Shown one piece after another: positions 36,951 to 46,890 of a DNA stretch of 64,000 nucleotides. Both the position numbers and the translations under genes were made by a program. The notes under the pieces were generated by a model, which worked only from the letters and a program-made list of their open reading frames with translations, was not told the origin of the DNA and searched no databases. Location of the stretch: the NCBI GenBank assembly GCA_965224085.1, contig CBDCYI010000004.1, positions 160,001 through 224,000 of the forward strand. Reading direction: 5' to 3'. Origin of the DNA: Candidatus Marinacidobacterales bacterium (GTDB taxonomy: Bacteria; Acidobacteriota; Vicinamibacteria; Marinacidobacterales; SMYC01). Positions within the stretch are counted from its first letter, which is position 1. Every line of letters starts with the position of its first letter.

Positions 36951-38720
36951 CTAGCTCCCAATCAACGCTCGAAACCCGATATTGTCCAGAATAAGATTGC
37001 CTTTTTCGGTTCGGTCGAACACGAAGCGCACTTCGGTGATGCTCGCGACGTCGAGCTTGGATTCGGCTTCGATAAAATCCGAGAGAGGGAACGAAAAGCT
37101 TTGATAGACGGGCTCGGAGGTCTTCGAGCGATTGAATAGAGCGCTCTTCCGAACTTGCACGTCGATCTTGGGCTGTACCGGCGCGAAGTGGCTCAACGGC
37201 AAACGCGCCGTCACCCGAAAGCCGTCTTCGACTTCGAGCGCGAGGTCGATAGGTTCCTCGGCCGGCTCGCCTTCGCTGGCATCCGCGAGCGTGAAAACGA
37301 GCGCGTGGGCATCCGAGAGGTCGAGCCCGCCCGGGAGCGTCAATCGATAGACGGCCGTGCCGCGCTCGGTCACCTTCTCGTCGTCCCCTTCTTCCTCACC
37401 CCAACCCAAGTACACTCCGCTCGTGCCTTTGTCGTTGCTCTTGAGCTCGACGAGCGATTCGCGCCACGTCGTCAAGTTCTCGGCGGAGAACTCCCCCCCG
37501 GGAATGGACGTCGAGCGTAGGTCGAGATCTTCCTCGAAATCCGCGACGACGACGTGGGTCGAGTCTTCGTATTGCGTCAAGTAGATCGTGTCGGGAAGCC
37601 ACGCGCCGCCGGCGCGCGCGTCGCGGAACAGAGGCAAATAGCCGCGCTCCTCGTTGAGGCTGGCCTCGAAAAAAGCCGCGATGTAAACGCGCGCAATCTG
37701 AGCTTGATCCGGCTCGGGCATGATGTGCCGGAGGTTCAGAAAATTCTTCGACGGGAACGAGTTGTCGGTGCGCCCCCAAGTCGAGTTGAACTGACCGTGA
37801 TTCGCGCCGTAGACGTAGAGGCTCGACTTGAACCGAAAGCTCTCACCGGTGAGCAAGACGCGCTCGAACTGGCGCGAGCCGGCAAAGGACTGCACGTCCC
37901 CGTCATGCGAGCCGTGAATGACGAAGTAGTCGACATCCGTTATCGGTGTACCGCGCCCAGCTGGCTTGTACTGGCCGTCGACGGGTGCTACCGCGACGAC
38001 GCCGCGGATCGCAAAGTCGAAGTCGAACTCGATGTTCGCGTCGTCCGGGTAGAGGTCGAGCCGGTTGAACGCGGCCGCGACGGCGACCGCTTCTCCCCCG
38101 CGCGAGTGGCCGATGAGACCGAGGCGGTCCATGTCGACCTGCTCGAAGAAAGGGCCGTCCGCCGTCCTGTTCCACTGACGCCACTGTTCGAGATGCTTCA
38201 GCAGCAGGTAGCCGCGGGCGTCGTTCTCCGTCTTCAACCCGCGGCCGCGAATCTCGTCGAGACGCCCCGAGAACGAGCTGTTGATGAAGTTCTCGTCCAC
38301 GGATACGAGGATGATGCCCCGGCTCGCGAGAAGCTCGCCAAGATAGGCGTAGCCCGGGTCCGAGAAGTCCTCCATCGCGTGATTGCCATGCACGACGAGC
38401 ACGAGAGGAAACGGCCCCTCACCCGCCGGATACCATACGCGGCCTTGGAGCGGCAGATGCTCGGCGTCGAAGCCCCAATATTGTGCTCTCGCCCAACCCG
38501 AGCGCTTCTCCCAGCCTTCGATGAAAGCGGAGCCGTCTACCGGCTCGGTCACCAGATCGACGTCGGCGCCGAATTCCGGGCGGTGGCGGTCCGTGCCGCT
38601 GCCGTAGCTCAGCGTTTTGACGTCGTAGCTTCCCGGGGTGCTCGGATCGGAAAGCTCGATGAGCGCAAGTGCTTTAGCCGCGAGCTTCGCCGCATTGACC
38701 GGAGGCTCGACGGCAAAACC
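36951..38720 (-). pseudogene. Alpha/beta hydrolase, 5' truncated
   Basis: VHGNH, GHSRGG, HGSHDGD, GANHGQFN; frame stays open upstream of 38552 to about 38720 with no native start. Confidence 0.7.
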
Positions 38721-38739
38721 GGCACGGAAGAGCCCCGGC

Positions 38740-38895
38740 GCTCAGAGCTTCGCCGTCGCGCAAAAGCGCGAGCGTCTCATAGGCGAAAGTCGAAAAGGTC
38801 GTGAAGCCGCCGAGCACGCCGAGGAAGACGACGAGCCGAGCGCTCGGGCCGAAAACGCCCCGCGCATCGGCCATGCCGCCGAGCACTCCGATCAC
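38740..38895 (-). pseudogene. crcB: Fluoride channel CrcB/Fluc fragment
   Basis: GVLGGFTTFSTFAYET signature; first TMs and C-terminus missing. Confidence 0.75.
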
Positions 38896-39119
38896 GAAGC
38901 AAACCTTGGGAGCAAGAGACCCACTTTTTCGATCTCTTGCTCACGTGAACTGCCGGCTACACGTCGTGCTGAACCAGGTGTTTCGAGGAGATGCCCGCGC
39001 GATATGCCTAGCAAGTGACGTGCCATGACACAAACCGCCCAAATGCTGATACTTGGGAATATGGAGTGGGTGGAATATCCTACGAACCGCGGCAGCCGCC
39101 GTTACTCTTTGAAACGAAG

Positions 39120-40082
39120 CTAGTCCGCCAACACTCGCTTGAGCGTATCTACGCTGACTTTCTTGCCGCTGACCACGAGCACGACCCTTTTCCCGCGCCA
39201 GGCATGGTTCTGCTTGAGCAAAGCGGCGATCGATAGAGCGGCCGCTCCTTCGATCATCATGTGGTGTTTCTCTACGGCAAGGCGCATCGCGGCGGCAATC
39301 TCGTCCTCCGCTAAGAGCACGAACGCGTCAATAGTTCTTTGGCAGATCGGAAACGTGATGGTGTTCGGATCGAGTCCGCCTGCCGTCCCGTCCGCGAGTG
39401 TCGGCTCAGAAGCGAGATCGAGGATCTTGCCCGCGCGTACGGACTCCGCCATGACGCGAGAATTCTCCGGCTGGCAGCCCACGACATGGAGCTCCGGACG
39501 GCGCGCTTTGATGTAACCCGCGATACCGGCAACCAACCCGCCGCCGCCGACGGGGACGAAGACGGAATCGACGTTTTCGAGCTGTCGTTCAATCTCCACG
39601 CCTATTGTTCCCTGGCCGCCGATGACCTTCGGATCGCTGTAGGGAGAGACGTAGACCAACCCTTCCCTCTTCGCAGCTTTCATCGCTTCGAGCTCACCCT
39701 GGACGGAATCCTGGCCGACGAGCCGCAGCTCGACCCCATAGGGCAAAAGCGCCTCCTTTTTTGCTTTCGCGACGGTCTCGGGTAAATAGATGACCCCAGT
39801 GCCTCCAAGTTTCAACAGTGCGTACGCCACGGCCGCCGCGTGATTTCCGGACGACGCCGTCACTACACGTTGGCGTTCATGCTCGTCGAGCGATAGGAGC
39901 TTGTTCATCGCCCCGCGCAGCTTGAACGAGCCCGAGAGCTGCTGGCTTTCGAGCTTCAAATAGACGTCGGCGCCGCTTCGCTCGCTGAGCTCGTGCGATG
40001 GTTCGAGCGGCGTTTCGCGAATATGGGGGCGGATGCGCTGCTCGGCGGCTTCCACCTCAGCGAGAATTTCTTCTTCGCGCAT
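39120..40082 (-). CDS. PLP-dependent threonine/serine dehydratase family
   Basis: GSFKLRG, SSGNH, VGGGGL, IEGAAA. Confidence 0.9.
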   Translation of the reverse strand: MREEEILAEVEAAEQRIRPHIRETPLEPSHELSERSGADVYLKLESQQLSGSFKLRGAMNKLLSLDEHERQRVVTASSGNHAAAVAYALLKLGGTGVIYLPETVAKAKKEALLPYGVELRLVGQDSVQGELEAMKAAKREGLVYVSPYSDPKVIGGQGTIGVEIERQLENVDSVFVPVGGGGLVAGIAGYIKARRPELHVVGCQPENSRVMAESVRAGKILDLASEPTLADGTAGGLDPNTITFPICQRTIDAFVLLAEDEIAAAMRLAVEKHHMMIEGAAALSIAALLKQNHAWRGKRVVLVVSGKKVSVDTLKRVLAD

Positions 40083-40128
40083 ATCGGCTATTGTAGTTAG
40101 AATATTGGATCTCAAGGAGGAAGTTAAA

Positions 40129-41760
40129 GTGTCGAATGCGATTCTCAATGTGCCAGCGCCGCGGAACGAGCCCGTCTACGACTACACGCCGGGAAGCCCG
40201 GAACGGAGCGCGCTCCAAGCCGCCACCAAGGACATGCTCGGTAGAGAAATCGAGATCCCCATCATCGTCGGGGGAAAGGAAATCCGAACCGGCGATTTGG
40301 GCGAAGTCCGCTGCCCTCACGACCACGCCCACGTCCTGGCCAAATTTCACAAGGCCAACACGCAGATCGTCCATCAAGCCGAGAAAGCGGCCGGCGACGC
40401 CTGGCACGAGTGGTCCGTCATGGATTGGCGGGCGCGCGCGAGCGTCGTGCTGAGAATGGCCGAGCTTCTGTCGACCAAGTACCGGCCGATCGTGAACGCC
40501 GCGACGATGCTCGGTCAATCCAAGACGGCACATCAAGCCGAGATCGACGCCGCAGCTGAGCTCATCGACTTTTATCGCTTCAACGCCCACTACATGCGGG
40601 AGATCTATGCCGGGCAGCCCGCCTCGAGCCCGGGCATATGGAACTACCTCGAGTATCGAGCACTCGAGGGCTTCGTGCTGGCGATAACACCTTTCAACTT
40701 CACGGCCATTGGAGGTAACTTGTCCACGAGCCCCGCGCTCATGGGCAACACGGTACTGTGGAAGCCAGCTTCGACCGCCGTCCTCAGCTCGTACTACCTC
40801 ATGGACCTCTTCAAAGAAGCGGGCCTTCCCGACGGCGTCATCAATTTCATCCCAGGCTCCGGTGGCAAAGTGGGTCCGCCGGCAATGGCCATGCCCAGCC
40901 TCGCCGGCATCCACTTCACGGGCTCGACCGAAGTCTTCCAGTTGATGTGGTCCACCGTCGGCGAGAACATCAAGAACTACAAGGTCTATCCGCGGATCGT
41001 CGGCGAGACCGGCGGCAAGAACTTCGTCTTCGCGCATCCGTCGGCCAATGTCGAAGCGCTCGTGGCCAATACCATCAGGGGCGCGTTCGAATATCAAGGG
41101 CAGAAATGCTCCGCGGCGTCGCGGGCTTACATCCCGGAGAGCCTTTGGCACGCGTTCAAAGAGCGCTGGATCTCGGAAGTCGCGACCGTCAAGTCGGGTG
41201 ACGTTACGGATTTTGGGAACTTCATGGGCGCCGTCATCGACAAACCGGCTTTCGACACCATCACGGAATATGTAGATTACGCGAAAGACTCCTCGGAGGC
41301 CGAGTTCATCACGGGTGGGAGCTATGACGGCTCCAAGGGTTACTTCGTCGAGCCCACGACCGTCGTGACCACCAACCCACACTTCAAGCTCATCGAGGAA
41401 GAGATCTTCGGCCCAGTGATCACGATCTATGTCTATCCGGACGACAAGTTCGAGGAGACGCTCGAGATCTGCGACAAAACGTCTCCTTACGGTCTCACCG
41501 GTGGGATCTTCGCCGACGATCGTGTGGCGATCGAAAAAGCGTTCCGCACGCTACGTCAGAGCGCGGGGAACTTCTACATCAACGACAAGCCGACGGGCGC
41601 GGTGGTCGGCCAACAGCCGTTCGGCGGAAGCCGCGCTTCGGGAACGAACGACAAGGCCGGCTCTGCCGGTAACTTGACGCGGTGGACGAGTATCCGCACG
41701 GTGAAGGAAACGTTCGTCCCGGCGACCGATTACCGCTATCCTTTCTTGGAGAGCGAGTAG
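40129..41760 (+). CDS. pruA: L-glutamate gamma-semialdehyde (P5C) dehydrogenase
   Basis: AAGGAGG RBS plus GTG; PFNFTAI, GETGGK, FEYQGQKCSA, EEIFGP, NDKPTGAVVGQQPFGG. Confidence 0.95.
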   Translation: MSNAILNVPAPRNEPVYDYTPGSPERSALQAATKDMLGREIEIPIIVGGKEIRTGDLGEVRCPHDHAHVLAKFHKANTQIVHQAEKAAGDAWHEWSVMDWRARASVVLRMAELLSTKYRPIVNAATMLGQSKTAHQAEIDAAAELIDFYRFNAHYMREIYAGQPASSPGIWNYLEYRALEGFVLAITPFNFTAIGGNLSTSPALMGNTVLWKPASTAVLSSYYLMDLFKEAGLPDGVINFIPGSGGKVGPPAMAMPSLAGIHFTGSTEVFQLMWSTVGENIKNYKVYPRIVGETGGKNFVFAHPSANVEALVANTIRGAFEYQGQKCSAASRAYIPESLWHAFKERWISEVATVKSGDVTDFGNFMGAVIDKPAFDTITEYVDYAKDSSEAEFITGGSYDGSKGYFVEPTTVVTTNPHFKLIEEEIFGPVITIYVYPDDKFEETLEICDKTSPYGLTGGIFADDRVAIEKAFRTLRQSAGNFYINDKPTGAVVGQQPFGGSRASGTNDKAGSAGNLTRWTSIRTVKETFVPATDYRYPFLESE

Positions 41761-41769
41761 TTCCAGAGC

Positions 41770-42656
41770 TCAGCTCTTTGCTGCCAACAGATCCCGAAGG
41801 AGTCCGTTCTCGGCTCCCGCGGGAACGAGCGTCAGCTCGCCTTCGGTCTCGAGTAGCTTCGTCACCCGGAGAACCCGAAGCAGGGCCTCGACGACGTCGG
41901 GGTCTTTCGCGATGTCGCGAAGGGCCTCGCCCACGAGACGGGGATGCAGGGGGCTCGCGCGAACTCAACGGCGGCTTCTTTTTCCGCGGCGCTCGCAATC
42001 ACGTTGACTTGATTGTCGCCGGCCTGCCGGATGGCGGAGGTGACCTGCCGCAACCGATTGACGACTTTTTGCTCGATCTGTTGGATCATCACGTGGTCGC
42101 GGAAGTGGACTTTGCGGATGTAGACCGATCCGAGGTCATAGCCCCACGCCGAACCTTTGGGCGACACCTCTTCCCGAACGGTGCGGCTCATGCTGTGGCG
42201 ATCTTCGAGCATCTCGGGGAGTGGCAGATTACTCAGGCTTCGCACGGTGGCGTTCGCCACGTTGGCCCGAAGCGAGCCATCCGGATCGGCGTTTTCGAAA
42301 AGATAGGGCACGGGGTCGTGAACGCGCATCTCATACCAGACGCCGATACCCATCGGCGTGCCCTCTTCGGTGTTGACCGGCTGGCTCCTGAGGTAGCTTT
42401 GATTGAGACCCACGTCGACGTCGCGAACGTTACCAAAGAAGCGAACCATCAGGGCTCGGGGTCCGAACTTCGAGAGCGGAAAATGAAGGCCCGGCTCGTC
42501 GAGCACACCCAATACTTTTCCGAAGAGCACGTAGACTTTGGCGTGGCATTCGTGGACGATGGCGTAGACTCCGAAGAACCGAGCGAAACCGAACAAAATG
42601 GGCACACCGATGAGGGCGAAGAAGAAAACGAAGAAAGTCGTCGTGAAGAAGATCAC
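41770..42656 (-). CDS. SPFH domain protein, frameshift near 41950
   Basis: SPFH core; C-terminus LHPRLVGEALRDIAKDPDVVEAL...LLAAKS* continues in another frame. Confidence 0.7.
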
Positions 42657-43651
42657 GAGCCCACCTCCCCGATGATCCGCTTGGCACGGGGAATGAGATC
42701 GAGCTCGATCTTGCGGAGATAAGCGGAAAGCGCGCCTTTGCCGCTGCCTTTCAGCTCACTCAGCTCCTCCGCTAAACGCAGGAGCGGTTGCAGCTCGGCC
42801 TGAGCGCGCATGGTCTCGATCTCCACGGCTCTTTTCGACTGCTCGATCTTCTGATCCGCCATCGCGCGAGCCACGCTCACGTCTGCAGAGACCTCGTTGT
42901 GGGCGGTGTTGATGGCGGCTAGAGCGGACTCGATTTCATCCGGCGGATCCATCCCGGTGATGAGAGAAGCGTTCAACACCACGCCGTAGCGGGCAGCCGA
43001 GAAAAGGCACTCGCGGTCCATTTCCTCATTGACCTCGTTCAAGTTCTTGCGCAGATCGTTGATCGAGATTCCTTCGATGGCCAGAGCGTCGGGGACGACG
43101 CCCTCGAGCTCTTCCGAGGCCGCGCCGTCCTTCACTTTGAAAGTAGCGATGCGCTCTCGCAGAATAGAAACGAAGTAGCCCATCACATGAGCGATGGGGT
43201 GACGCACCCCGAAGAGATAAGCGTAGAGGTTCTCCTCACTCACTTTGTAGCGAAGCTGGCCTCGGATGCCGATGTTCAGTTGATCCTTCGTCACCGCATC
43301 CAGCATGGTGTTGTTGTGGTTCGCGGTGGGGGCCTCCGGATCGTAGGCGGCGCTCACCGTCTGGATGGCCACGTTCACTTTGTGCACCCGTTGCCACGGC
43401 CACTTGAAGTACGGTCCTCCGGGACCGATGACCCGCACCTGCGGATAGCTGTAGCGTTCGCGCTGCGACGCGTCGAGGTGCTCGGCGATGGGCGCTTCGA
43501 GTGTGGTCCGGCCTTCGAGCCGCTGAGCGCGGCCGAAGGCGGTGAGGACCGCTCTCTCGTTTTGTTGCACGGTTAAAAACCCCACCAGGACGACGCGTAG
43601 GATGAAGTAGAGAAACGATCCGGCGATGACGCCGGCCAAAAATCCCAACAT
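42653..43651 (-). CDS. SPFH domain protein
   Basis: N-terminal TM, GPYFKWPWQ, AVTKDQLN, coiled-coil tail; GAGGAG RBS. Confidence 0.85.
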   Translation of the reverse strand: MLGFLAGVIAGSFLYFILRVVLVGFLTVQQNERAVLTAFGRAQRLEGRTTLEAPIAEHLDASQRERYSYPQVRVIGPGGPYFKWPWQRVHKVNVAIQTVSAAYDPEAPTANHNNTMLDAVTKDQLNIGIRGQLRYKVSEENLYAYLFGVRHPIAHVMGYFVSILRERIATFKVKDGAASEELEGVVPDALAIEGISINDLRKNLNEVNEEMDRECLFSAARYGVVLNASLITGMDPPDEIESALAAINTAHNEVSADVSVARAMADQKIEQSKRAVEIETMRAQAELQPLLRLAEELSELKGSGKGALSAYLRKIELDLIPRAKRIIGEVGS

Positions 43652-43795
43652 ATTGGCTCTCCTCGAACGGAAGGACGGACTTTCTTGATTGTCGAGAAAT
43701 GGATGGAAGCTTGCTTTTATCCTACAGGGATGACCGCGTGCGCGCTACCGATATGCCTACGAGAAAGAGAAGAAAAAGAAGAGCTCGACCCGGAA

Positions 43796-44737
43796 TCAGT
43801 AGCCGCGGTCGGGATCGACGACGTTTTCGAGCGGCCTACCCGCGCGGAATCGCTCGAAGTTGGCGCAGAAAAGCTCGACGACTTTGGACTGCCAGCCTTC
43901 GATATCGCCGGTATGCGGTGTGATGACGACGTTTTCTAGATCCCAGAGCTCGCTTTCGGGGGGGAGCGGCTCCGTCTCGAATACGTCGAGAACCGCGCCC
44001 CGAAGCGCGCCGCCGCGAAGCATGCTCGCCAGGGCTGTCTCGTCCACGATCCCACCGCGCGAGATGTTGACGAGCACCGAGCCGGGCTTCATCGAAGCGA
44101 GCACGCTCTCCGAAACGAGACCGAGTGTTTTTTCCGTGCGCGGAAGCGTTACCGCGAGGAAGTCCGCGTCTTCGAGCACCTCGATGAGCTGATCGACCCC
44201 CACGGCGTCCCCTTGCGGACGTGACCGTACGCCTGTGACCTGAAGCCCGAGAGCTTTGGCCTTCGCGGCAACGCGTGATCCGATGCCTCCGAGTCCGAGC
44301 ACGACGAGTCTTTGCCCGTTCGAAGGTCGAAGTGGCTTCGGCTCCCAAACGTGATCGAGTTGTTGCCGGAGGAAAGCCGGAAAATGAAGGTTGAACATCA
44401 GCATCGCGCACACGACGTAATCCGCGAGGGCTTCGTCGTGAATGCCCGAGGCCGAGGTGACCCGGACGCGCCGGCTGAACGGGCGCAAGTGGTCGACGCC
44501 CGCCGAGTCGCATTGCATCCATTCGATGGAGGGTGCGTCGTCCAACAGAAGCTCGCGCGGGAAAGGCGCGCCGATCTTGCCCGCGAGCACGATCGAGGGC
44601 TCGAATCGGCGCGCGACGGCACCGAGCGCTTCGTAGCTCGAGCACGTCTCGAGTGCAAGCTCGGGATAGCGGACGCGGATCGGCGTCGCGTAGACGTCGG
44701 GCTCAGGCGCAAGAACGAGAAGGCGAAGCTCGCTCAT
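43796..44737 (-). CDS. D-2-hydroxyacid dehydrogenase family
   Basis: GLGGIG, NISRG, LDVFETEPLP, ITPH. Confidence 0.9.
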   Translation of the reverse strand: MSELRLLVLAPEPDVYATPIRVRYPELALETCSSYEALGAVARRFEPSIVLAGKIGAPFPRELLLDDAPSIEWMQCDSAGVDHLRPFSRRVRVTSASGIHDEALADYVVCAMLMFNLHFPAFLRQQLDHVWEPKPLRPSNGQRLVVLGLGGIGSRVAAKAKALGLQVTGVRSRPQGDAVGVDQLIEVLEDADFLAVTLPRTEKTLGLVSESVLASMKPGSVLVNISRGGIVDETALASMLRGGALRGAVLDVFETEPLPPESELWDLENVVITPHTGDIEGWQSKVVELFCANFERFRAGRPLENVVDPDRGY

Positions 44738-44741
44738 CGGC

Positions 44742-45983
44742 TCAGGTCACGAGCTGGCGCTTTTGGAACTCGGGGAGGCGCCAAGCTTCGGTCTCGAGAA
44801 TCTTCTTCAGGACCCAGACGGCGTCCCACACGTCGCGATATCGAAGGTAGAGAGGCGTGAAGCCGAACCGCAAAACGTCGGGAGCGCGAAAATCTCCAAT
44901 CACTCCGTTCGCGATGAGCGCCTGCATGATCGAGTAGCCATCCTCGTGCCGAAGCGAGACTTGGCTTCCGCGCTTGTCGCTATCGAGCGGGCATGCAATC
45001 TCGAGCCCGAATCCTTCGTAGTGCGCTTCGACGAGCTCGAGAAACAAATCGCCCATGCGTTGCGATTTCTTGCGTAGCTCCTTCATGTCCACGCGCGTTG
45101 CGATCTCGACGCCCACTTCGAGCGCTGCCATCGCGAGGATGGACGGCGTGCCACAAAGTTGCCGATCGATCCCGGGAGCCGGGCGATAATCCGCATCGAA
45201 AGCGAAAGGTGCTTCGTGCCCCATCCATCCGCTCAGCGGAGGGTCGATGTCGTCCTGGTGCCGCTTTGCAACGAAGAGAAACGCGGGCGCGCCGGGGCCG
45301 CCGTTCAAGTATTTGTAGCCGCATCCCACGGCGAAATCCGCTCCCGTTGCGTTCAGCTCGACAGGCAGCGCTCCCGCGCTGTGGCTCAAGTCCCAGACGA
45401 CGAGCGCCCCGGCGTCATGTGCGCGCCGAGTGACGTCCGCCATCTCGTGAACGTCTCCTGTCTTGAAGTCGACATGGGTGAGGGCGACCACAGCGACGTC
45501 GTCCCCGAGGGCGTCGTAGAGCTCCGAGCGCGGCACCAGTCGCAGCCGGTGCTCTCCGCCCAGAAACGAGGAAAGCCCCTGGGCGATGTACAGATCTGTC
45601 GGAAAGTTCTCTTGTTCCGAAACGATGATCCCGCGCCCGGTTCGGAGACCGAGCGCCGCCCCGAGCATCTTGAACAAATTGATGGAGGTCGTATCCGCGG
45701 CGACCACTTCGCCGGGCTCGGCCCCGATGAGCTGAGCGATCTGATCCCCGACTCGGCGCGGCAGATGAATCCAATCATGTGTGTTCCAGCTCTTGATCAG
45801 ATCGTGGCCCCACTCGTCCTCGATGAGCGCTCGAATCCGTTCCGGCGTTTTTCGAGGGAGAGCTCCGAGCGAGTTTCCGTCGAGATAGTACAAGCCTTCC
45901 GGAACGCGGAATTCTTCGCGAAACGGCGCCAAAGCGTCGGCGGCATCCAAGGCCGCGATCTCTTCGCGCGTTCGTCCCGTCAT
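44742..45983 (-). CDS. kynU: Kynureninase
   Basis: YLDGNSLG, WDLSHSAG, GCGYKYLNGGPG, RGSQVS, DFRAPD. Confidence 0.95.
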   Translation of the reverse strand: MTGRTREEIAALDAADALAPFREEFRVPEGLYYLDGNSLGALPRKTPERIRALIEDEWGHDLIKSWNTHDWIHLPRRVGDQIAQLIGAEPGEVVAADTTSINLFKMLGAALGLRTGRGIIVSEQENFPTDLYIAQGLSSFLGGEHRLRLVPRSELYDALGDDVAVVALTHVDFKTGDVHEMADVTRRAHDAGALVVWDLSHSAGALPVELNATGADFAVGCGYKYLNGGPGAPAFLFVAKRHQDDIDPPLSGWMGHEAPFAFDADYRPAPGIDRQLCGTPSILAMAALEVGVEIATRVDMKELRKKSQRMGDLFLELVEAHYEGFGLEIACPLDSDKRGSQVSLRHEDGYSIMQALIANGVIGDFRAPDVLRFGFTPLYLRYRDVWDAVWVLKKILETEAWRLPEFQKRQLVT

Positions 45984-45984
45984 T

Positions 45985-46836
45985 TCAAATGGCGGTCCGA
46001 ACGGACCAGAGCTCGGGAAAGAACTGCAAGCGCAGAGCCTTTTTGAGATAGGACGCGCCTGATGTACCTCCCGTGCCGCGCTTGTGGCCGATGATGCGCT
46101 CGACGGTTTTCATGTGCGCGAAACGCCACTGCTGGAACTTGTGCTCGAGGTCGACGAGCTTTTCCGCAAGCTCGTAGAGATCCCAATGCGTTTCGACGTC
46201 TCGATAGACCTGGAGCCACGCGGCTTCGACATCGGCGTGAGGCTCGTAGGGCTCGCTCCAATCGCGCTCGATACGATCCCTCGGAATATCGAAGCCGCGG
46301 CGAGCGAGCATCCGGACGGTTTCGTCATAGATGCTCGACGCCTCGACGGTCTTTTTGAGGTGCGCGTAGATCTCGGGCTCCTCGCGATGCACTTCGATGA
46401 GCTCCTTGTTCTTGTTTCCGAGCATGAACTCGAGCGTGCGGTACTGATAGGACTGAAACCCGGAGCTTTGCAGCAACTTGTCACGAAACGACATAAAGTC
46501 AAAAGGCGTCATCGTGGACAATACGTCCCACGAAAGAATGAGCTGGCCTTGGATGCGGGCGACGCGCGATAGCATTTTGAATGCGGGCTTGAGCTCGTCC
46601 GACTGAATTTGGTGCCGCACACCGTTGAGCTCGTGAAGCGAGAGCTTCATCCAAAGCTCGGTCACTTGATGGATGACGATGAAGAGCATCTCGTCAGGAT
46701 GCTCCGAGAGCGGCTTCTGCGCGCTCAGGAGTTGATCGAGGCCGAGATAGCTTCCGTAGCTCAAGCCCCCTGAGGGCTTCCAGTGGATCTTCTCCCCGGA
46801 TAGATCGACGGCGCCGGTCTGGGCATCTTTAGCCAT
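45985..46836 (-). CDS. kynA: Tryptophan 2,3-dioxygenase
   Basis: EMLFIVIHQVTELW, SSGFQSYQYR, GTGGTSG, FPELW. Confidence 0.95.
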   Translation of the reverse strand: MAKDAQTGAVDLSGEKIHWKPSGGLSYGSYLGLDQLLSAQKPLSEHPDEMLFIVIHQVTELWMKLSLHELNGVRHQIQSDELKPAFKMLSRVARIQGQLILSWDVLSTMTPFDFMSFRDKLLQSSGFQSYQYRTLEFMLGNKNKELIEVHREEPEIYAHLKKTVEASSIYDETVRMLARRGFDIPRDRIERDWSEPYEPHADVEAAWLQVYRDVETHWDLYELAEKLVDLEHKFQQWRFAHMKTVERIIGHKRGTGGTSGASYLKKALRLQFFPELWSVRTAI

Positions 46837-46890
46837 GAGCGATGGTAAACGACCGTAAGGGCGTGGGCAAGAGGGAAAGTGCCGTCTACT

